Assembly (NCBI GenBank): GCA_001275005.1
Contig: JWZX01003122.1
Location: 1 to 37,615 of the forward strand
Direction of reading: 5' to 3'
Source of the DNA: Chrysochromulina tobinii
Taxonomy: Eukaryota
DNA length: 37,615 nt
Shown here: one piece after another, positions 1-10,313 of the stretch
Position numbering within the stretch: position 1 is the stretch's first letter
Layout: every line of letters starts with the position of its first letter
Translations under genes and position numbers: made by a program
Notes under the pieces: generated by a model
Told to the model about the DNA's origin: nothing
Database searches by the model: none
The model's input: the letters and a program-made list of their open reading frames with translations, nothing else

Positions 1-65
1 TGACCGAGGGGAGCGGAGCCGTCCGTCGAGACGGTGGTGGAGTGAGCGTGGGGGGACCGCGAAGA

Positions 66-85
66 AACTGAACTGAACTGAACTG
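66..85 (+). repeat. (AACTG)4 microsatellite upstream of the kelch-EGF gene
   Basis: AACTG at 66, 71, 76 and 81, followed by a degenerate AAGTG; ends 49 bp before the ATG at 135. Confidence 0.9.
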
Positions 86-134
86 AAGTGGGATTTAGCG
101 CTCAACACGACGCTCAAGCCGCCGCGAAGCGCAA

Positions 135-3100
135 ATGGCTTGGTGGATCACGCTGATGTTGGCCTGGACCGTCTGTGCCTTCACCGCGTACCAGCCGACG
201 CCACACATCCTGTCTGACACGCCCAGTTGGCAGCGCCTGCGACCTGTGCTCCAGGACTTCTTCGCCAGCGACATGGATTTGCCCGCTTCCCGCAACAAAT
301 CGGCAGCGCCAGTGTGCTCTGGTCGAGGCCAGCCGTCGGCCGAGGTGGGCGGCTGGTGCTCGTGCGACAATGGATACACGGGCGCCAAATGCGAGTACGC
401 AGGCCCCGCATGGACCATTGGCCCGCAGCCCGGGCTCGTGCCAAAGAGCCGCGCGCATCACAGCCTGACGGCAGTCGCTGACGGGCGGCTCTATCTCTTC
501 GGAGGAGCGACTTCCGTGAGTGGCAAGGCGCACCGTATGAACGACCTGCACTACTACTCGCCAGCGACGCGCCGCTGGACCACGCCCTACGCCGTTGGCC
601 ACTGGCCGTCCCACCGCAGCGGCCATACTGGCACCTTCATCGCTGGCGGGAGCGGCGGCCCGCGGCTCGTCGTCTTTGGCGGTGTCGACGGCGACGGCGC
701 GTACTCGTCTACAATCGACGTGTATGCGCTCGATGAGCAGCGTTGGAGCCGCCCGAATGTCCAGCAGTCGCCGCCTGCGCGCGCACGCCACGCAGCCGTC
801 GCCCTCGGCGGGCTCGGCAGCGGCCGTCTGTGGGTCTTTGGCGGTGGCGGCGTCGTGCGGCGGTCGGCGGGGCCGGCGGCGACGCTCTTCGACGATGTGC
901 ACGTGCTCGAGCTGGACAGCGTGCCGCCGCGCTGGCACGCGCCCCGTGTGGATGGCGTACGCCCTGCCGCCCGCTGCGGCCACACCGCCACGCTCCTCGC
1001 GGACGGACGCACCATCCTCGTGTTCGGGGGCCAAGCGTCAGGCAACGCGCCCGCACCGCAGCTCTCCCTCTCGAGCGCCTCGAACGCGACTCTCGAGGGC
1101 GTGAGCCTTGCGACGGCGACGGCCGCGGCCAAGGATGTGGCCGCCGCCGCCGCATCCGCGGCCCTCCTTCCTCCGGGTGCGTGGCCAATTGCCACGTGGC
1201 TGAACGACGTGTGGCTGTATGAGATCGGCTCCGACGATGAGGGCGGCTCCAAGGTCGCAAAGGGCTCAGTCGCGCGCTGGCGCGCCGTGCCTGCGAGCGG
1301 CGAGATGCCGGCCGGCCGCTCGCTGCATGCGGCCGCCCGCCATGGCTCGTGGCTCGTGATCACCGGTGGCACAGGCTGCGAGCGGCATGAGCCGATGCTC
1401 ACCATTCACCTGCTGCACTTGGGTAGCTGGGAGTGGCGACGGCTGCAGCCGAGGGGGGTGGCGCCCGCGCCGCGCTTCGGCCTCACGCTCAGCGTGACGC
1501 CCGGCGCCCTCGTGCTTTGGGGTGGCCTCTCGTACGGCGACCAAGCCTGGCTCGCCCATGCGCGCCGGCGCCGCCTGCCCCTCACGGCCGAGCTCTCCGA
1601 TGGTCTTGCGGAGCTGCTGCTGCCTTCACAGTGCCCTGTGTGCGCCGAGGGGTCCACGTGCGCACTCGGGCAGTGCCTGTGTGCGCCCGACACGGCGGGT
1701 ATCGCGTGCGAGCTCCAGTGCGAGGCGGGCTGGGGCGGCTACCTTTGCTCGGAACCCTTGTGCCCCTGCGGCCCTCACGGCGCGTGCGAGACCCCCGGTG
1801 TGTGCGCGTGTGAAGAGGGGTGGAGCGGCGCGGGCTGCGAGCAGCCGGTGTGCGCGCAGGGGTGCGAGCACGGCCACTGCACGGCGCCCGGTTCGTGCGC
1901 GTGCGTGCCCGGCTGGAGTGGCTCTGCGTGCTCGGTACCCCGGTGCCCCGCCGGCTGTGTGCACGGCACGTGCACAGGCGCCGGCGGCTGCGCGTGTGAG
2001 GCTGGCTGGAGTGGCGCCGCATGCTCGGAGCCACTCTGTTTGGCAAACTGCTCGGGGCACGGCGCGTGCGTGGCGCCGGGCACGTGTGGCTGCGCGGCCG
2101 GCTGGCACGGCGAGGCGTGTGCAGATCGGCTGTGCCCTGACGCGTGCTCGCGCCATGGCCGGTGCGAGAGCGATGGGTGCGTGTGCGAGGCCGGCTGGGG
2201 TGGTCACGACTGTTCCGAGCCGCTGTGTGCTAGCAGTTGCTCCCTGCACGGCGCCTGCGTGGCGCCGGGCACGTGCGACTGCGCGCCCGGCTGGTCCGGT
2301 GGCGCGTGTGAGACACCCTTGTGTGCAGCCAACTGCTCGGGACGTGGCTCCTGCCTCAGCCCCGGCCGATGCTCGTGCGAGGCGGGCTGGGGGGAATTCG
2401 ACTGCTCGGAGCCCGCGTGTGAGGCGAGCTGCCACGAGCATGGCGAGTGCGTGTCCCCCGGCGTGTGCGCCTGCGTCCCCGGCTACGTGGGCGACTCGTG
2501 CGCCGAGTTGAGCGCCGAGTTGCAGCGTGCTCTGCGGCCGGCGGCCGGGGCAGACGCGCACGCCACCGGCCTCACGGCAAGCACCTCGCCCCCCCCTCTG
2601 GTACCCCCTCTGGTATCATGCCTGTCCAAGTGCAGTGCACACGGCAGCTGCGAGGCAGACGGCACGTGCCGGTGCCGCGCGGGATGGCGCGGGCTCGACT
2701 GTTCGCTACCCTCGTGCGCCTCTCAGCATCAGTGTCACGAAGGCGAGGGGCAAGGCGCCTGTGTCGCCCCCGACGTGTGCGAGTGCAATGTGGGCTGGGA
2801 GGGAGCGGACTGCGGCTCGTTCGCATGCCCGCACGGCTGCGCGTCGCGTGGCGAGTGCATCGCACCCAACACGTGCAGCTGCTCCGCGGGCTTCTCTGGC
2901 GTGGACTGCAGCCGCGCCGAGTGCGCCTCCGGCTGTGGGGACGCGCGCGGCACTTGCGTTGCGCCCGACGAGTGTGAATGCGTCCCCGGATGGACGGGCG
3001 AGAGTTGCACTGAGCCCGACTGCGGCGAGAGCGTGTGCGGCGAGGCCGAGGGGCGGGGGGAGTGCACTGCGCCCGGCGTGTGCAGCTGCACGGCTGGCTG

Positions 3101-6100
3101 GGGCGGCGTGGACTGCGGAGCGCCCGCGTGCGCCGACGAGTGCGGCGGGCGGGGCGTGTGCGTCGCACCCGGCCAGTGCTCATGCTTCGACGGGTGGGGT
3201 GGCGCATCGTGCGGCGTCGCGCAGTGCGCGTCCGAGTGCTCGGGTCGTGGCAACTGCACGGCTCCGGGCGAGTGCTCGTGCGCGGACGGATGGGGCGGTC
3301 ACGACTGCTCCGAGCCGCAGTGCGAGGGCGGGTGCGCGGGCCACGGCGCGTGCGTGGCGCCGGGCCAGTGCAAGTGCTTCGACGGCTGGAGCGGCGCGCA
3401 GTGCGAGGCGCCTCTCTGCCCGGCCAACTGCTCGAGCCACGGCCGGTGCGCGAGCCCCGGAGAGTGCCGGTGCGAGGCTGGATGGGAGGGTGCCGCCTGT
3501 GAGCAGCCCACCTGCCATCCGGTCTGCGAACACGGCACGTGCACTCGACACGGCGAGCGCGCCAGCTGCGCGTGCTTCGAGGGCTGGCAAGGCGTCCGCT
3601 GCGACGAGCGTCACTGCCCAGCGAGCTGTCAAGCGCATGGAGTGTGCACGGAGCGAGGGTGTGTTTGCTCGAGCCCGTACATGAACGGGGACGACTGCTC
3701 GCAGCCCTACTGCGGAGCAGACGCATGCAGCGGACATGGCCGATGCGCGCTCGCTACGATGCCTGCCGCGCTACCAGCGAGCGCCATGGGCAACACCACC
3801 AGCCGCCACCGCCTTGCTGCCGCGCCAGCAGTGTGCCTTTGTGCTAACGGCTGGTCCGGTCCAAAGTGCGAGCAGCCCGTGTGCGCTGGCGCCGCGGGCT
3901 GCGGCTCTCACGGCCGTTGCGTCAGCCCCTCCAAGTGTGCGTGTGAGCTTGGATGGAGTGGTGCCCGCTGCGAGCTGCCGGCGTGCCCTGCCGACTGCTC
4001 GGGGCACGGCGCGTGCCAAGGCGCGCGCTCCCAGCGTGCGTGCGTGTGCGATGCTGGCTGGAGCGGTGCCGACTGCGCCATCCCCGTCTGCCCAATGGTG
4101 GCGGCGCCTCAGGCTGCGCCGCCGGCCACGCGCCACACCGTCGGCAGCGCAAAGGACCTTCGACCTCGGTTCGATGCCCACACGGGCACCCATGGCTACG
4201 GCTTTGCTGATGGTGTGGCCCATTACGGCGAGACGACGCCCGCGCTGACGGCGCAGCCGGCGACCACGGCCAAGCCGCTCGCTTTCTTGCAGATGGCGCT
4301 GCTGCCGTCGCCGCCCGTGCAGCTGCAGACCGTTGAGCAGCCTCAGCTGGCGCCCCCGCTTGCATGCGCGGGCCATGGCGCCTGCACAGCGCCAGGCGTG
4401 TGCGAGTGCCATTCGGGGTGGTCTGGTGCTGACTGTACCGTCGGCTGCCCCTCCTGTGTCCACGGCCGGTGCATCGACGGCGCGTGCCGCTGCCTTCCCG
4501 GATGGTCCGGCTCGACTTGCGCGATGCGCGCCTGCCCCGCCAATTGCTCTTTCCCACACGGCGTATGCGACCCCGACGAAGCGAGCTGCCGCTGCGAGCC
4601 CATGTATTATGGCGACGACTGCTCGGCAGGCGACGGGCTCGCGGCGCGAACGTGCGACGTGGCTGGCCGGTGTGACCCGCGCACGTTCGAGTGCTACGCG
4701 GGCTTCGGGGGCGCTGACTGCGAGCGAGCGCGCTGCCTACACGACTGCTCGGGCCGCGGCAACTGCACAGCGCCGGGCGAGTGCGCGTGCTCACCGGGCT
4801 ATGAAGGCCTCGCGTGTGAAAGGCCATCCTGCCCGGCCGCGTGCTCTGCGCACGGCGTGTGTACCGCTCCGGGGTCGTGCGAATGCCTCGAGGGTTGGCG
4901 TGGTGAGGACTGCAGCGTACCCATCTGCAAGGGTAACTGCTCGCAGCGCGGCCGGTGCGTAGGGCCCAACGCGTGCCTGTGCGAAAAGGGCTGGGCCGGC
5001 GCCGACTGCTCGCACTTGGCCGGCGGCATCACGCTGAGCGACCTACCGTGCCCTTCGCACTGCCGCGCACACGGCCAGTGCATCAACGGCACGTGTTCCT
5101 GCGATGTGGGATACGCAGGTCTCACCTGCAAGCCACAGTGCGATCGTGGATGCTCTGGCCACGGACGGTGCGCAGCGCCCGGCGTGTGTGCATGCTCGGG
5201 TGGCTGGGTGGGCGCGGGCTGCTCTCAGCCGCACTGCCCATCGGACTGCTCGGGCCGCGGCCGTTGCGCCGCCCCGGGCACGTGTGTGTGCCAGCCGGGC
5301 TGGGGCGGCTTCGACTGCAGCCAGCCGAGCTGCCCGAAGGAGTGCTCCGCCCATGGCACGTGTGTGGCGCCGCCGCCCAATGCGACGCGCCGGCACGCGA
5401 TTGCACGCTGCAGCTGCGACGCGGGCTGGGGCGGCTCTGCTTGCGATCGGCCACTCTGCACCAGCGGATGCTCCGCCGAGCATGGGAACTGCACGGCACC
5501 CGGCACGTGTAGCTGTGCTTCAGGCTGGGGAGGCCACGACTGCTCGATGCCGCAGTGCAAGGGTGGCTGTGCGGCCCACGGCGTGTGTGTCGCCCCCGAT
5601 GAGTGCAGCTGCTTTGATGGCTGGATCGGCGCGAACTGCTCCACGCCGCTCTGCGCGCTCAATTGCTCAGGCCGAGGCAGCTGCGCTTCTACTGGCGCTG
5701 CGGCGGGCACATGCTCGTGCGACGCCGGCTACGACGGGCTCGGGTGCGAGCGGCCGCTCTGCGCTGGCGGTTGCTCTCGTGGGCTTTGCACGGCTCCTGG
5801 CGTGTGCGAGTGCTTCGCTGGATGGACTGGGCCGCATTGCGATGAGGCCGTGTGCCCGCGCAACTGCTCCTCCCGCGGCACATGCGTGGCGCCTGGGCAC
5901 TGCGTCTGCCATGACGGTGCTCATCTGCTGCTGCCTCCCGCACCGCCGATGGTCGCGCCGCCGCCCGTGCTTCGGTCGAGCACAGCAGCTGCCAAGGGCA
6001 CAGGCCATTCACAGGGTATGCTCAGCCCTCTGCTCGACAGCTTCGGTGTCCTGAACGCCTTCCTCTCGTCTCCGTGGTCGTCTCCGAAGCCTGCGAATGA

Positions 6101-9100
6101 CGTGGCGCACCGCACGCTCACGACGCCGCGCTGGTCGGGCGCCGCATGCGAGCTCGAGCGCTGTCCTGGCGAGCCTGACGAGTGCTCGGGCCGCGGGGTT
6201 TGCATCCAAGGCCAGTGTGAGTGCGACTCAGGCTGGGGCGGCACCGACTGCGGCCATCGGTACTGCCTCGATGAGTGCAACGCGCCGCAGGGTGTGTGCC
6301 TGCCCGGCGGCCAGTGCGCCTGCTCCGCTGGCTGGACTGGCCCGTCGTGCGGCACGCCCGTGTGCGCGCTCAACTGCTCGAGCAACGGCGTGTGCACCTC
6401 TCCGTACACGTGCGAGTGTGACCTTGGCTGGCATGGCGACTCATGCAACCGCTCGGACTGTTCCGGCGTGAACGGGTGCTCGGGCAAGGGCGAGTGCGTC
6501 GCGCCCAACCGTTGCGCGTGCGCGGCAGGTTGGGGCGGCCCCGACTGCAACGACGTGGTCTGCACAGCCTCGTGCAACTGCCCAGACCCGTCGAACGAGG
6601 GCACTTGCCACGGCAGCTGCATGCTCGGAGGGATCTGCATTTGCTCGCTCGGCTGGACTGGTCCGCATTGCTCAACGCGCTTGTGCGCGCACAACTGCTC
6701 CGGACGTGGCGACTGCCACAATGGCGAGTGCTTGTGCCCTGCCGGCTGGAGCGGCGCCGATTGCTCGGTGGGGGTGGGCTGCCTTCACAACTGCTCGGGC
6801 CATGGCTTGTGCGATGGCGATCGGCGTACATGCACGTGCGCCGCGGGGTACTCGGGTGGTGCGTGCGAGGTTCCCCACTGCCTCGACTGCGGGGGGCACG
6901 GCCGGTGCCTCGTTCCCGACGTGTGCAGCTGCGACGAGGGCTACGGCGGCCCCACGTGTCGCGAGCCCCGCTGCCTGCACAACTGCTCCGGTGCGAGCGG
7001 CCGTGGCACATGTGTGGGCCCCAACCGGTGCAGATGCGCTGCGGGCTGGTCAGGCGCCGATTGCTCCGAAGCCATCTGCGACGAGCCTTGTGGCGCTCAC
7101 GGCAAGTGCATCGGCGCCAACCGATGCGCGTGCGATGCGGGCTGGAAGGGGGCGCGTTGCGACGTGCCCGAGTGCTCGGCTGGCTGCGGCGGCCGCGGCA
7201 CGTGCATTGCGCCAAGCGTGTGCCAATGCCGAGCCCCGTGGGGCGGCTTTGACTGCAGCGGCAAGCGCTGTTCGGCTGCCCGCGTCAGCCTCTTCGCGGG
7301 GAATACCTCCGCTGGCGCGCTAGGCGCCATCAGCGCGCCGCCCGTGGCCCAGGAGTCGCACTCGACGTGCTTACCTTCGGAGCCTGGCGACCATGGGCTG
7401 CCCGTCTCGTGCGAATGCCACCAGGGCTGGGGCGGCGCCGACTGCTGTGAACCGCAGTGCCCCAACGGCTGCGACGCGCTCCACGGCCGATGCGTTGCGC
7501 CGGCTCACTGCGCGTGCTCCGAGGGCTGGACGGGAATCGACTGCTCGATGACCACGTACTGCGAGGTGGTCCTCGAGGGCTGCCTCGGGCACGGTACGTG
7601 TGTCGGCTCGGCGTGCTCGTGCGAGCGAGGCTGGGCGGGCGAGAAATGTGGCCTCAAGGTCTGTCCGACGAGTGCGGATGGCAGCCTGTGCGGCGGCGCA
7701 TCTCGCGGCACGTGCGCCGCCGATGGCCAGTGCGAGTGCGCCGCCAGCTTGACAGGCATCGCGTGCGAGGAGGACGCTTGCCCGAATGAATGCTCAGGCC
7801 ACGGCGCGTGCGTCGCCGGCCGATGCGACTGCTCGGTCGGCTTTGTGGGGCGTGACTGCTCGCGACGCGGCTGCCTCAACGACTGCTCTGGCCACGGCGT
7901 CTGCGACAACGCCACCCTCTCGTGCGCGTGCTCGCCACCGTTCACGGGCGCCGATTGCTCCTTGCGTCTCTGCCCGGCCAACTGCTCGAGCCACGGCCGG
8001 TGCGACGCGGCCTCTGGACGCTGCGCGTGCGCCAGCGGCTGGGCGGGCGAGGCCTGCGAGCGGCCTGCGGCATGCCCGACGACACTGCTCCCGACGCGCG
8101 GCGGCTGCGTGCTGCGCCCGAATGCATCGGCCGACGACGGCGCGGCCTTCTCTGTGGAATGTAGCGCAGGCTGGAGCGGGCGCGATTGCAGCGAGCCGCG
8201 CTGCCCAGGAGGCGGCGACTGCAACGGCAAGGGCTACTGTCGCGTCGACTCGCTTCACGGCGGTGTGTGCGCGTGCTATGACGGCTACGGCGGCCTTGAC
8301 TGCTCAGAGCGCACGTGCGCTTCGGACTGCGGCGCCGCTGCGGCGCTCGTCGCAGGCGAGGTCGCACCTCGCGGTATGTGCCACGATGGCGAGTGCCTCT
8401 GCCGTGCCGGCTGGTTCGGGCCGGCGTGCGAGCGGCGGCGCTGTCCTCTTGGCTGCGGCGGGCACGGAATGTGCGACACGGCCACGGGCCACTGTCGGTG
8501 TGACGAGGGTTGGAGTGGCGCGCAGTGCACAGAAGCCGCCTGCCCAGCCAAGTGTGTGCACGGCGCGTGCCGCGCTCGCCTCGATGGCGGCGGCATGGTG
8601 TGCCGCTGCAAGGCTGGTTGGGGCGGCGTCGCGTGTGACGAGCGCCGCTGCCCCCGTGGCTGCGAGACGCACGGCGTCTGCGCTCGCAACGGCACGTGCT
8701 TTTGCGAGCCCGGCTACCACGGCCCGTCTTGCGAGCTTCGCACTTGCTTCGGCGCGGGCGCCACGTCCGTGGGATGCGGTGAGCATGGTGAGTGTGTCGA
8801 GGGGCTGTGCGCATGCAAGCATGGCTGGAGTGGAGAGCGCTGCCAAATGCGGCGCTGCCCAAGTGACTGCTCGGCGCGCGGCGTGTGCAATCTGGCGACC
8901 GGCGAGTGTGCGTGCGCCGCTGAGTGGAGCGGAATCGCATGCGACGTCCCTTCTTGTCCTGAGGGCTGCTCTGGTCACGGCCGATGTGACAAGGGCCGGT
9001 GCATCTGCGAGCTCGGCTGGGAGGGTCCAAGCTGCGTCGTCAAGTCCTGCCCGAGCAACTGCTCCCAGCACGGCCAGTGCCACGCAGGCGCCTGCACATG

Positions 9101-9896
9101 CGATGAGGGCTGGGCAGGGGCCGACTGCGCGCTGCCGGCCGACGAGGGATGCGTGGCCGGGTGCAGCGGCGCCGGCATCTGCTACGAGGGCACGTGCCTG
9201 TGCATCGGCTCGCGTGGCGGCATCGACTGCTCCCAGTATGCGTGCCCGAACGACTGCTCGCGCAATGGCAAGTGCGCCGTGGGCGTCGATGGCAAGGCCC
9301 AGTGCTTGTGTGGTGCGGGCTTCCGCGGCATCGATTGCGCCATCTCCGACCGGTGCCCAGGCCCATGGCGGCTCGATGGCAAGCCGTGCTCGGGCCGTGG
9401 CCAGTGCATGGCCGGCATGGGTCCGGGTCGGCACGCGACGTGTGTGTGCGAACCTGGCTTTGGAGGCGCCGACTGCAGCGGCGAGGTGTGCGCTCGCAAT
9501 TGCTCGGGCCACGGCGTCTGCTCCTCGGGCAGCTGCTGGTGCGACGCCGGCTGGGCTGGCCCCGAGTGCGCGTGGCGCCGCTGCCCTCTCGACTGCGGCG
9601 GCCACGGCGTGTGCGATGGTGCCATCGGCGCGTGCACTTGCGAGACGGGTTGGAGCGGCTTCGACTGCTCCACTCCTGATGACGGCAGCCATCACGTCGT
9701 TTCGCACTCTTCATGCGCGTCCCACTGCATCGGTCACTGCGAGGCGTGGTGCATCGACGGCGACGAGTGCGTGGCGGCGTGCGTGGACACGTGCGTGCCA
9801 GCGTGCTTGCGCGCCGGCGAGCGGATGGGAGCGAAAGAGGGTGCGGACGTTGCGCCAAATTCAGTTGAGTCCTTTGAGACATTCTACGAGGCATGA
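135..9896 (+). CDS. Giant secreted protein (3253 aa): signal peptide, one EGF, 6-bladed kelch propeller, about 72 tenascin-type EGF repeats, C-terminal CX3C-rich tail
   Basis: Uninterrupted ATG-TGA ORF. Hydrophobic N-terminus MAWWITLMLAWTVCA. EGF motif CSGRG..CSCDNGYTGAKCE. Six kelch motifs (R-x-x-H...LFGG/VFGG/ITGG/LWGG...W) at about 447-1530. From about 1630 to 9670, about 72 hand-counted repeats of CPxxCSGHGxCxxxxCxCxxGWxGxDC. No transmembrane segment visible. Confidence 0.93.
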   Translation: MAWWITLMLAWTVCAFTAYQPTPHILSDTPSWQRLRPVLQDFFASDMDLPASRNKSAAPVCSGRGQPSAEVGGWCSCDNGYTGAKCEYAGPAWTIGPQPGLVPKSRAHHSLTAVADGRLYLFGGATSVSGKAHRMNDLHYYSPATRRWTTPYAVGHWPSHRSGHTGTFIAGGSGGPRLVVFGGVDGDGAYSSTIDVYALDEQRWSRPNVQQSPPARARHAAVALGGLGSGRLWVFGGGGVVRRSAGPAATLFDDVHVLELDSVPPRWHAPRVDGVRPAARCGHTATLLADGRTILVFGGQASGNAPAPQLSLSSASNATLEGVSLATATAAAKDVAAAAASAALLPPGAWPIATWLNDVWLYEIGSDDEGGSKVAKGSVARWRAVPASGEMPAGRSLHAAARHGSWLVITGGTGCERHEPMLTIHLLHLGSWEWRRLQPRGVAPAPRFGLTLSVTPGALVLWGGLSYGDQAWLAHARRRRLPLTAELSDGLAELLLPSQCPVCAEGSTCALGQCLCAPDTAGIACELQCEAGWGGYLCSEPLCPCGPHGACETPGVCACEEGWSGAGCEQPVCAQGCEHGHCTAPGSCACVPGWSGSACSVPRCPAGCVHGTCTGAGGCACEAGWSGAACSEPLCLANCSGHGACVAPGTCGCAAGWHGEACADRLCPDACSRHGRCESDGCVCEAGWGGHDCSEPLCASSCSLHGACVAPGTCDCAPGWSGGACETPLCAANCSGRGSCLSPGRCSCEAGWGEFDCSEPACEASCHEHGECVSPGVCACVPGYVGDSCAELSAELQRALRPAAGADAHATGLTASTSPPPLVPPLVSCLSKCSAHGSCEADGTCRCRAGWRGLDCSLPSCASQHQCHEGEGQGACVAPDVCECNVGWEGADCGSFACPHGCASRGECIAPNTCSCSAGFSGVDCSRAECASGCGDARGTCVAPDECECVPGWTGESCTEPDCGESVCGEAEGRGECTAPGVCSCTAGWGGVDCGAPACADECGGRGVCVAPGQCSCFDGWGGASCGVAQCASECSGRGNCTAPGECSCADGWGGHDCSEPQCEGGCAGHGACVAPGQCKCFDGWSGAQCEAPLCPANCSSHGRCASPGECRCEAGWEGAACEQPTCHPVCEHGTCTRHGERASCACFEGWQGVRCDERHCPASCQAHGVCTERGCVCSSPYMNGDDCSQPYCGADACSGHGRCALATMPAALPASAMGNTTSRHRLAAAPAVCLCANGWSGPKCEQPVCAGAAGCGSHGRCVSPSKCACELGWSGARCELPACPADCSGHGACQGARSQRACVCDAGWSGADCAIPVCPMVAAPQAAPPATRHTVGSAKDLRPRFDAHTGTHGYGFADGVAHYGETTPALTAQPATTAKPLAFLQMALLPSPPVQLQTVEQPQLAPPLACAGHGACTAPGVCECHSGWSGADCTVGCPSCVHGRCIDGACRCLPGWSGSTCAMRACPANCSFPHGVCDPDEASCRCEPMYYGDDCSAGDGLAARTCDVAGRCDPRTFECYAGFGGADCERARCLHDCSGRGNCTAPGECACSPGYEGLACERPSCPAACSAHGVCTAPGSCECLEGWRGEDCSVPICKGNCSQRGRCVGPNACLCEKGWAGADCSHLAGGITLSDLPCPSHCRAHGQCINGTCSCDVGYAGLTCKPQCDRGCSGHGRCAAPGVCACSGGWVGAGCSQPHCPSDCSGRGRCAAPGTCVCQPGWGGFDCSQPSCPKECSAHGTCVAPPPNATRRHAIARCSCDAGWGGSACDRPLCTSGCSAEHGNCTAPGTCSCASGWGGHDCSMPQCKGGCAAHGVCVAPDECSCFDGWIGANCSTPLCALNCSGRGSCASTGAAAGTCSCDAGYDGLGCERPLCAGGCSRGLCTAPGVCECFAGWTGPHCDEAVCPRNCSSRGTCVAPGHCVCHDGAHLLLPPAPPMVAPPPVLRSSTAAAKGTGHSQGMLSPLLDSFGVLNAFLSSPWSSPKPANDVAHRTLTTPRWSGAACELERCPGEPDECSGRGVCIQGQCECDSGWGGTDCGHRYCLDECNAPQGVCLPGGQCACSAGWTGPSCGTPVCALNCSSNGVCTSPYTCECDLGWHGDSCNRSDCSGVNGCSGKGECVAPNRCACAAGWGGPDCNDVVCTASCNCPDPSNEGTCHGSCMLGGICICSLGWTGPHCSTRLCAHNCSGRGDCHNGECLCPAGWSGADCSVGVGCLHNCSGHGLCDGDRRTCTCAAGYSGGACEVPHCLDCGGHGRCLVPDVCSCDEGYGGPTCREPRCLHNCSGASGRGTCVGPNRCRCAAGWSGADCSEAICDEPCGAHGKCIGANRCACDAGWKGARCDVPECSAGCGGRGTCIAPSVCQCRAPWGGFDCSGKRCSAARVSLFAGNTSAGALGAISAPPVAQESHSTCLPSEPGDHGLPVSCECHQGWGGADCCEPQCPNGCDALHGRCVAPAHCACSEGWTGIDCSMTTYCEVVLEGCLGHGTCVGSACSCERGWAGEKCGLKVCPTSADGSLCGGASRGTCAADGQCECAASLTGIACEEDACPNECSGHGACVAGRCDCSVGFVGRDCSRRGCLNDCSGHGVCDNATLSCACSPPFTGADCSLRLCPANCSSHGRCDAASGRCACASGWAGEACERPAACPTTLLPTRGGCVLRPNASADDGAAFSVECSAGWSGRDCSEPRCPGGGDCNGKGYCRVDSLHGGVCACYDGYGGLDCSERTCASDCGAAAALVAGEVAPRGMCHDGECLCRAGWFGPACERRRCPLGCGGHGMCDTATGHCRCDEGWSGAQCTEAACPAKCVHGACRARLDGGGMVCRCKAGWGGVACDERRCPRGCETHGVCARNGTCFCEPGYHGPSCELRTCFGAGATSVGCGEHGECVEGLCACKHGWSGERCQMRRCPSDCSARGVCNLATGECACAAEWSGIACDVPSCPEGCSGHGRCDKGRCICELGWEGPSCVVKSCPSNCSQHGQCHAGACTCDEGWAGADCALPADEGCVAGCSGAGICYEGTCLCIGSRGGIDCSQYACPNDCSRNGKCAVGVDGKAQCLCGAGFRGIDCAISDRCPGPWRLDGKPCSGRGQCMAGMGPGRHATCVCEPGFGGADCSGEVCARNCSGHGVCSSGSCWCDAGWAGPECAWRRCPLDCGGHGVCDGAIGACTCETGWSGFDCSTPDDGSHHVVSHSSCASHCIGHCEAWCIDGDECVAACVDTCVPACLRAGERMGAKEGADVAPNSVESFETFYEA

Positions 9897-10107
9897 GGAG
9901 GCAAGGACGAATCACGTGAGGAAGAAAGGGCGGTTGATTCTTGAGAATGAGGCGCCGGGCTCTGTGCAACCATGAAATGTTTGGTGGGATGACGTAATTC
10001 CTGTCATAGAAGTTCTCTGAACCGAACTAAATGACGAAGAATAAATCATACATTGGCACATCGACATCCACGTAAGAGCGCCAAAGAGGTGACGGATTGC
10101 GTTTTTC

Positions 10108-10138
10108 ACACGACACTTACACGACACTTACAGACTTA
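10108..10138 (+). repeat. 11-bp tandem repeat ACACGACACTT x2 plus a degenerate third copy
   Basis: acacgacactt acacgacactt acagactta, in the intergenic region between two convergent genes. Confidence 0.75.
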
Positions 10139-10267
10139 TTCATCGCGACGAAACTTAGTCGTACATACTCAACTGAGGTCGTGAAGCTGGTGAAGCCGTA
10201 CGAAGTATGTCGTTCGGTACGTACAACGACTAGGTAGCTAACGTACGGTACTTCGGAGAGCCAGTAG

Positions 10268-10285
10268 ATGAACACGGTTGTGTCA
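10268..10285. repeat. 18-bp direct repeat, left copy (ATGAACACGGTTGTGTCA)
   Basis: Identical 18-mer at 16020-16037; flanking bases differ on both sides. Confidence 0.9.
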
Positions 10286-10313
10286 GTACTACTCGTGCTC
10301 TGTCATCTCTGAC

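Noticed and set aside
95..9975. Dozens of overlapping alternative-frame and antisense ORFs (e.g. 7786-9975 +, 729 aa; 8304-9707 -, 467 aa)
   Set aside because: Shadow ORFs of a very GC-rich Cys/Gly/Ala-coding gene; Arg/Ala/Pro-rich translations with no motifs.
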